Shown in pieces: positions 58,701 to 64,000 of a stretch of 64,000 nt of DNA. Below the pieces are notes generated by a model. That model saw only the letters and a list, made by a program, of their open reading frames with translations, searched no databases and was not told the origin of the DNA. The stretch spans positions 146,952 through 210,951 of the IMG/VR virus record IMGVR_UViG_3300037067_003400; one strand, written 5' to 3'. The translations under genes were made by a program, and so were the position numbers. Every line of letters begins with the position of its first letter. The stretch's first letter is position 1. The stretch is from a virus (taxonomy: Duplodnaviria; Caudoviricetes).

Positions 58701-61700
58701 AAGCTACCTTTTAAAGCGTTGTATTCTTCTGACCAAGGTGAATTGTGAGTTGCATAGCCTAGCACACAGAAGGAGTTATCTTCTTCTATAGTCCAGTTAT
58801 ATACTAAACCTTCGTACGCTACTTCTTCTATTTTTGTAACTTGGCATACTAAGTAGTCTTCATCTATCCAAGCGTTTCTTGCTGACACTACTGGATATTC
58901 TATATTTGGTTTGGTGCCTGTAACCCAGACTATGAAATCATATGCTACACTACCCGACATTCTTAATCTATAGCTTGGTTGGTTACTATCTCCTATACCA
59001 TCAGTCCTTGTACTTTCTCCTATAGAAGCTACAAAACCATTCTGTAATAGCATATCTCTTATTCTTAGTGCCAACTCTAAGCTTATAGTTGTAGCTTCTA
59101 CTTGTAACTGTTTTCCATATTTTGTAGAATCTTGTGGGGTGATAATAGAGTAGCACCCATCTCCAGCGAAATATCTTTTTAGGAGACTTTTTTGTATCTC
59201 TGGACTTAAATCTAACGACCAATTAGGGAGTCTTTTCGTGGAAGAATTATTACCAAACAATTCTGTAAATACATTACCTATTAATTGATTTCCTATTGCT
59301 ATATATCTACTATTATTTTCTTCTTTAGTATAATGTTGTATATTATTATCACATATATTTTTAAAGTATTTTTCTAAATATTGTGCTTCTTCTATTTCTT
59401 TTATATGAAGACTAAATACTATACCTTTATTGTCTCCATTAGAGGAGCCTTCTGCTAAGTATAATCCTATTACTTCTCCTAAGTCTTCATTAATAGGTAT
59501 TTTACTAAGACAGAATTTATTACATCCTTGTTTTGTTTTATGTATCCACCCATCATCTAGTCGGTATGTATAAGGAAAAGGTATTAGTTTTTCTATGTCA
59601 ATATTATTAGGTGAGGTAGACCTTTGTGGTATTGGATATAAAACAACATCTTCTACTTCTAAATCTCCTAAAGGTACCCATGTTCTATTATTTATTGGAT
59701 ACACATACTTTCTAAAATCTTCTCCATAAGTAGCACACCCCTCACGTTTAGCTCTCCATTTCATAGTAGAAAGACATCTTTTTGGTCCTTTTATAGCATA
59801 GATTGGGTGCTCTAATGTGGCTTCTAATTGGTCAAAGTTAAATGTACCTATATATAACTTTCTAAGTTTAGGTCCATAGGGTCTTGTAGCGCATCGTAGT
59901 ACTTTTCTTGTAGTACCAGTATGGGAAATAACAAGATCGTCTATCTGTACTTCTGTGGCTAATTTAATAGAACCATCGCTCATTCTAATTTTAGTATCTG
60001 GTTTTACGCATGTATCAGCAAGTATCTCAAGTCTGGTAACTTTGTCATAGAGGGCAGCACGAGAAATCTCTCCCTGATCTACCATACTATCTACTCTATT
60101 TCTTGCCTCAGTTACTCTGCCTATTGTTTTGTCAAATCTTCTTCTATTAAATGTGACATTAGTAAGTCTAACTTGTGAAGGATCATCTCTATTTACATAG
60201 GCAAGCATACCTTTATTAATATTAGTTTCATGTAGATAGAAGTTTAGCTGATCTAAATGTGAATCAAATACTTGTCCAGAAGCAAAACGTTTTCCTGATA
60301 AGGACTTTATTTCTCCTACTACATTCTCACCATTTATATCTAAGATAGCATCTATATGTCCAGAGATTCCAAGTTTCTCATCAAAGATTTCTGTTTCTTT
60401 TGATTTTAGAATACCCATCCTATTCCAGGTATTCTGGATAGCTTTATGGATTTGAGTACCTTCTTCCATAACACGTTCGTTATAGAAGTTAGTAGGTTCC
60501 CTTTCCATCATCATTTCATAAACTAAATCATCAACAGGCTTTCCTAAAGAAGAGGCTCTTGTCTGCATAATCCTATTACGATGTACTCGTTCATATGCAT
60601 CTCCAGGTAGTCTTACTTCACCTGTTTTTATTCTTGTGTTATGCGTTGCTATACCAGCCACACAAAAAGAATTATCTACACCTACTTCAAAACCATATAC
60701 TATATTTACGCTATCTATTTCATTAATACTACAAACTCTTAGAAATACATAATCATCGGTTATATATGACCATGCACAACTAGCTATTTTGTAATCTGTT
60801 TTTATTTCATACCCAACTAAATTAGCAAAGTTTTGTGCGCTATGTCCACGTATAACAAGATGCCACGAGGTTTCTGTATTTATATCTTTTCCATTTAGTT
60901 TTGGTTTTTTGGATGGAGCTGGATTAGAAATTAAATTACTAACAATTCCAAAAGATAGAAGTATTTTACGTATTTGTAATAAAAGTATTTCATTTGCTAA
61001 ACATAGGCTGGCTTTTAATTTTCCTGTCTTATCTAAGAAAATACAGCCATCACCATCCCATAACCCCTTTATAAGACTTATCAAACAATCATCTGGTAGT
61101 GACCAAATAAGTTCTGGTAGGGTTTTATCTTTAGCCCCTTTATTAAATAATGTGTATAGTACTTCTGAAACTATATTACTAAATATCCAAGCAGAAGCCC
61201 CATTTGTATTATCAATATCTTTCCAGCTACTTGTAGCATATGTGCTTATCTGCATGCTACCAGTAAAAGCTTTATTAAACATACCTTTTTCTGTATTATG
61301 CAAAGAAAATTCTGTATAACTTTTTCCAATAGAACCTTCTGATAGATATAAACCAAATAAATATGCTACTTCTGGTGTAATTTTTATAAATCTACTTACT
61401 CTATGTAACCCGCCCTTTTTCTTAGCCTTTTGTGCAGACTCCATCTCTCTTGGTGTAGCACTTATACTTGAGCAAATGTCCTTTCTATCCTTTCCAACGT
61501 ATATTATATCTTCTTGTTCTAAATAGTTATAACACCTAATTACACCATCCCTTATATTACTTTGGGTATATACAAAATTAGTATCGTACTTGCTATTTGT
61601 TAATTGTGCTAAATCTAAAGTTGTTTCTTTTAATACTGGTTTTTTAGGAATTGGATAACCTACATACTCTCCTATATTTACATCCTTTATTTTTTTCCAA

Positions 61701-64000
61701 ACAGTTTCATTAGAGTTTCTCATATTATTAGTGCTAACTAATACTGGATGATTTTCTGACATTTGTATAGTAGTTCCATGTAATGAGGCTACTTTTATTT
61801 CAAAAACTTTTTCATTCTGATCTATTGATCTGACAGCTATTTTTTTTATGGGTTTTTTATTTCCAAGGTGAGTAGTTATTACATCATCACATCTAATATT
61901 TATAGCCTTTGTAAATTGAAGATAGTTAACCTCTATTAGTGTATTTTCTGAAACGCAGTATGGGTCTCCTGTTTGGAAGTCGAGGAAATAATTATTCCCA
62001 GGAAGCCAAGAGTTAGCCATTGAGTTAGGTACTGGGTTGTATTCCTCAACATTTCTAAAGCGATGCGGCATGAAACGTCTACCAATTTCACTCCACATTC
62101 CACCAATACCACCAAGGTTTGCTTCCCAGAATCTACGTTCCCAGCTGTATCCTCTACTGGCTTCAGCTATTACTGTTCCCTGTCTTGTTCCAAATGGCAT
62201 TCCAGCCATCCATCCATAGAGACCTGCGTATTCTCTGGATAGGTAGCCACCCATTTCCATATTAGATATTGTTTCTAAGTTTTCAAAGTCTTCTTGTGAT
62301 GTTACATTAGTTTTATCGTAAAGGTCTAATAGTCTTGATTTAGTATAGTCTGCTCCTTGAGCTTTAAGAGTTCTATTTATTCTTTCAATATCTCTCTTAG
62401 CAATTCCTTTTATACCATTGCCTTTATCTTTAGTTCCAAGTCTCGAGGTATCAGTAGGAGCACCACCTGGAAGTTGCTCTATCATAAACTGCCCAGCTGG
62501 AGATACTGTTACTATGGAGCCAGCTGGAGCTATTCCAACATCTTCTGCTCCTCCACCAGTACCACCACCTAATCCAAGTTCTGTAGCAAGTCCAGTTTCA
62601 TCTGCAGGTAATCCTCGTCCACCAGCTTTTATATTACGGTTCATTCGTTCCATATCTCTTTTAGATATAGAGCCACCTTTATTTTCTGGTAAATACTCTG
62701 GATGTAATACTCTTTGAGGTTTTATTACTCTGCCTATAGTTGCATTAACTAATGGCCCCCATAGAGCTTCTTTAGTTGCTAATGGTCCTGAAACTACATA
62801 GGGTCTATCTGGATTATCTCCTACGCTATGCTTGTTTTCCCACCAGTATGGGTCTAACATTCTTCGTAGTGGAGCTAATGGATGTCTTACATTAGGAAGT
62901 AAGGTATGTGCATAATAAGAATTACTATTTAGGTCTGCATTCTCTGCGCCCTGCCAATGTGAGTAAGCTAATTGGTATGGGTCAGGTAAGAAGTATTCTG
63001 GATTTTCTCCATACCAAGGAGTACGTGTGCCAAAGCTCCAGAAGCGACCTCTTCTAACTGGAACGTACCCACTCTCCAGTTGTTGTTTGGTTTCTTCTGG
63101 TGTATTACCTGATAAGTAGTTGTCCATTCCAGGATGAGTTTTATTAAACCTATCCCAGTTATGTACTTTTGAGAAGGCTAACTTTGCATTAGCTCTTACA
63201 TTAGCTTTCCATTCATCTGGTGAAGTTCCTGTGAGGTTCTCAGATTCCCAGTTAAAGTATTTCCAGGCTTCTATTCCAGCTACTATTGGGAGTACTCTCT
63301 TGAATATTAAGCCTTTCATTATGTCTTTACCAGAACCTAATGACTCTGCTCCGAGTCCTAATCCAGTTTCTGCTAAAGGCTCATTAAGTCTTGAACTTAG
63401 GAAGTACCAGAACATAGAAGATCTGGTCATTGAGTCTGGTTTCTTTATGCCAGACCACCAGGCTGTAGTATATTGTTGAATTGCGTCTGATGTAGCAAAC
63501 CTTCTTATCTTATCAAAGAAGGATGTACCTGACTTCATGGATTCATTTAAGGCTTGTAGTATAGGAGCGTGTTCTTTTATTATTAATCTCTGTGGAACAT
63601 TTTGCTCTACAGTATCTGTAAAGGTATCGAATATACTTAGATGTTTACCCACCATGTTCTGGGAAATTTCTCGTAAGCTATCGGAGTGAAGCGGATCCGA
63701 TACCATATAGTTATAAGCTTGTGTAGAACCATGAACTTTATTTTCTAATAAATCTTGGATTCTAACTCCATGATATTTAGCAGCTGCCTCATCAAGAGTT
63801 TCTTGTTCTACTCCTTGAACCCTTGCAAGTCTTTCTAAGAAAGGCATTGTCTTTGCAGGGTCTCCAGTTTTTTGTATAAACTCTTCCTGTAAAGCATTCC
63901 TCATCATATCAAGCCCTGTTATTGGGTCTCTGGTTCCTAAGACAGCATCTTCAAATGGTCCAACACCTTTAGCTGCTCTTACTTGACTTAGTACACTTTC
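55733..64000 (-). CDS. Giant multidomain protein (5' end beyond window) with three inteins, a Cas4-like nuclease and an SNase-like domain
   Basis: Frame open to 64000. GTQIH...E...ISGHIDAI...EIKS...QLNFY (PD-(D/E)xK). VKEIIDANTI...LRLAGI...NVNRDLLRNG (thermonuclease-like). Confidence 0.85.
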   Translation of the reverse strand, partial: ESVLSQVRAAKGVGPFEDAVLGTRDPITGLDMMRNALQEEFIQKTGDPAKTMPFLERLARVQGVEQETLDEAAAKYHGVRIQDLLENKVHGSTQAYNYMVSDPLHSDSLREISQNMVGKHLSIFDTFTDTVEQNVPQRLIIKEHAPILQALNESMKSGTSFFDKIRRFATSDAIQQYTTAWWSGIKKPDSMTRSSMFWYFLSSRLNEPLAETGLGLGAESLGSGKDIMKGLIFKRVLPIVAGIEAWKYFNWESENLTGTSPDEWKANVRANAKLAFSKVHNWDRFNKTHPGMDNYLSGNTPEETKQQLESGYVPVRRGRFWSFGTRTPWYGENPEYFLPDPYQLAYSHWQGAENADLNSNSYYAHTLLPNVRHPLAPLRRMLDPYWWENKHSVGDNPDRPYVVSGPLATKEALWGPLVNATIGRVIKPQRVLHPEYLPENKGGSISKRDMERMNRNIKAGGRGLPADETGLATELGLGGGTGGGAEDVGIAPAGSIVTVSPAGQFMIEQLPGGAPTDTSRLGTKDKGNGIKGIAKRDIERINRTLKAQGADYTKSRLLDLYDKTNVTSQEDFENLETISNMEMGGYLSREYAGLYGWMAGMPFGTRQGTVIAEASRGYSWERRFWEANLGGIGGMWSEIGRRFMPHRFRNVEEYNPVPNSMANSWLPGNNYFLDFQTGDPYCVSENTLIEVNYLQFTKAINIRCDDVITTHLGNKKPIKKIAVRSIDQNEKVFEIKVASLHGTTIQMSENHPVLVSTNNMRNSNETVWKKIKDVNIGEYVGYPIPKKPVLKETTLDLAQLTNSKYDTNFVYTQSNIRDGVIRCYNYLEQEDIIYVGKDRKDICSSISATPREMESAQKAKKKGGLHRVSRFIKITPEVAYLFGLYLSEGSIGKSYTEFSLHNTEKGMFNKAFTGSMQISTYATSSWKDIDNTNGASAWIFSNIVSEVLYTLFNKGAKDKTLPELIWSLPDDCLISLIKGLWDGDGCIFLDKTGKLKASLCLANEILLLQIRKILLSFGIVSNLISNPAPSKKPKLNGKDINTETSWHLVIRGHSAQNFANLVGYEIKTDYKIASCAWSYITDDYVFLRVCSINEIDSVNIVYGFEVGVDNSFCVAGIATHNTRIKTGEVRLPGDAYERVHRNRIMQTRASSLGKPVDDLVYEMMMEREPTNFYNERVMEEGTQIHKAIQNTWNRMGILKSKETEIFDEKLGISGHIDAILDINGENVVGEIKSLSGKRFASGQVFDSHLDQLNFYLHETNINKGMLAYVNRDDPSQVRLTNVTFNRRRFDKTIGRVTEARNRVDSMVDQGEISRAALYDKVTRLEILADTCVKPDTKIRMSDGSIKLATEVQIDDLVISHTGTTRKVLRCATRPYGPKLRKLYIGTFNFDQLEATLEHPIYAIKGPKRCLSTMKWRAKREGCATYGEDFRKYVYPINNRTWVPLGDLEVEDVVLYPIPQRSTSPNNIDIEKLIPFPYTYRLDDGWIHKTKQGCNKFCLSKIPINEDLGEVIGLYLAEGSSNGDNKGIVFSLHIKEIEEAQYLEKYFKNICDNNIQHYTKEENNSRYIAIGNQLIGNVFTELFGNNSSTKRLPNWSLDLSPEIQKSLLKRYFAGDGCYSIITPQDSTKYGKQLQVEATTISLELALRIRDMLLQNGFVASIGESTRTDGIGDSNQPSYRLRMSGSVAYDFIVWVTGTKPNIEYPVVSARNAWIDEDYLVCQVTKIEEVAYEGLVYNWTIEEDNSFCVLGYATHNSPWSEEYNALKGSLVGDTQITPAENDRIQAAKHRATLQKRKLNIYPYHFLSAKVDTENYTVKEIIDANTISVNEDEHPLRLAGIRNSQERILEEYGTPPEGMSPAEFLFSQFNIRKGSKIRALVNADPLNRFADDVLNTQHAVILTNGRNVNRDLLRNGIGTEKEGDWSATGVWARFSNHEIAAGKRWERLAHSRTPIHCVAPYTQIITNSGVKHAKDIKHGDKLLTSSGKFKSVVTAQPQSKGKTILEIKLFSSNIPITVTDDHPILIVRGGLPTRKKQKGVWVEQLPYGNNPIPEFVLAGDIKEHDFVVYTPRKFENNVEDTYIDLYSLNTQRFKCNDSSVWVPSNNGAKKCYRNKSLQVTKDLARLLGYYAAEGCTSKSNDKLSYTIFTFSSNEIDYIDDVATLVEKCGFGLPSIQYNGNVTSVRVGNCYLAEIVDTFVGAKDKKHAPETLLTSNELRAEFIKGLLRGDGTKKGYSRYDTIGMNALDLLVWLRDALIELWNIPAILTLGIQREVPLYRVCIGKQDALSTFIDSTCTYINEVKPNPQRFYHRVYLQDYILYGIQEIKESTYQDSTVDIEIEDDDNFATINAIVHNTKFMDVNSPYELYARDTYGSRSAKWEDPIGSFIKPSYTSFMSRGLLGASVGAGVFTSFFFKSRALRWKAAGVGAAVGGILSLARQVHDARSDEAWVPGRTQKRRDIEEYYDILEYMKYRGLYDKTAQIAKEKEGVDVEALSNRYEAIGAWRKNQIKLLTEQRLRLLRANKKGSKEELALRKQIQDLQGRKEQFALGPVATQALLYRDKYRSTMYGQEAGGPLLNTIKAFPKYERELIQGFLTQSTPGEREKIFKLLPNYQKRLLGLQMGIDAGRIPDRPLLQEYFKTHTLPGKDWAGFRPEVNLEELKTRTVVAEGMDPMDFGLYPTNVEESEVHTKNIELPTVHGNSASIQDHLNQILSGKGLSNLKIIVSTKEDRNLQSDDVNVQVDIKHHREQDLINALNSY
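56951..58144 (-). mobile_element. Intein 3 (398 aa) with LAGLIDADG endonuclease
   Basis: TPIH|CVAPYT...TDDHPI...LGYYAAEG...FIKGLLRGDG...AIVHN|T. Confidence 0.93.
58742..60010 (-). mobile_element. Intein 2 (423 aa) with LAGLIDADG endonuclease
   Basis: LADT|CVKPDT...TLEHPI...IGLYLAEG...RYFAGDG...GYATHN|S. Confidence 0.93.
60638..61957 (-). mobile_element. Intein 1 (440 aa) with LAGLIDADG endonuclease
   Basis: GDPY|CVSENT...SENHPV...LFGLYLSEG...LIKGLWDGDG...VAGIATHN|T. Confidence 0.93.

Noticed and set aside
60120-60470. Cas4-like domain as evidence of CRISPR-Cas
   Set aside because: There is no repeat-spacer array and no other cas gene, and the Fe-S cysteines are not evident. It is a stand-alone PD-(D/E)xK domain.
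283-63479. All plus-strand ORFs in the track, and minus-strand ORF 59001..59222
   Set aside because: They are short, nested within or antisense to long minus-strand genes, and have no recognisable motifs; these are shadow ORFs.

Overview
This window is an AT-rich (about one third GC by eye), densely coding segment of a large, probably jumbo, myovirus-type phage. Essentially every real gene is on the minus strand. In transcription order (right to left) it contains: (1) a giant protein, open at the right edge, with three full LAGLIDADG inteins bracketing a Cas4-like PD-(D/E)xK nuclease and a thermonuclease (SNase)-like domain; (2) a metallophosphoesterase, a GT9-like protein and an Amidase_3 endolysin; (3) a 1949-aa protein with an internal DEDDh exonuclease; (4) a family A DNA polymerase; (5) a 968-aa protein with a caspase/CHAT-like His-Cys dyad; (6) a contractile-tail baseplate module: hub with SLT plus a frameshift-separated CHAP domain, spike, gp25-like protein, baseplate J, duplicated wedge proteins and Ig/CBM-bearing fibre proteins, with a SEC-C-tailed glycosyltransferase embedded in it; (7) an accessory region with six tRNAs (all U34 anticodons), a GIY-YIG endonuclease flanked by a duplicated tRNA-Pro 3' end, a GT2, a predicted outer-membrane beta-barrel, RmlA, a five-hairpin ncRNA candidate, several zinc-finger proteins and unannotated micro-ORFs, two of which seem to use ACG or ATA starts. 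The best candidates for new biology are the enzyme-loaded giant proteins with intein-bracketed nuclease domains, a possible phage glycosylation system, the tRNA-associated homing endonuclease and the unassigned structured RNAs. All domain calls are by motif recognition; no database searches were run.
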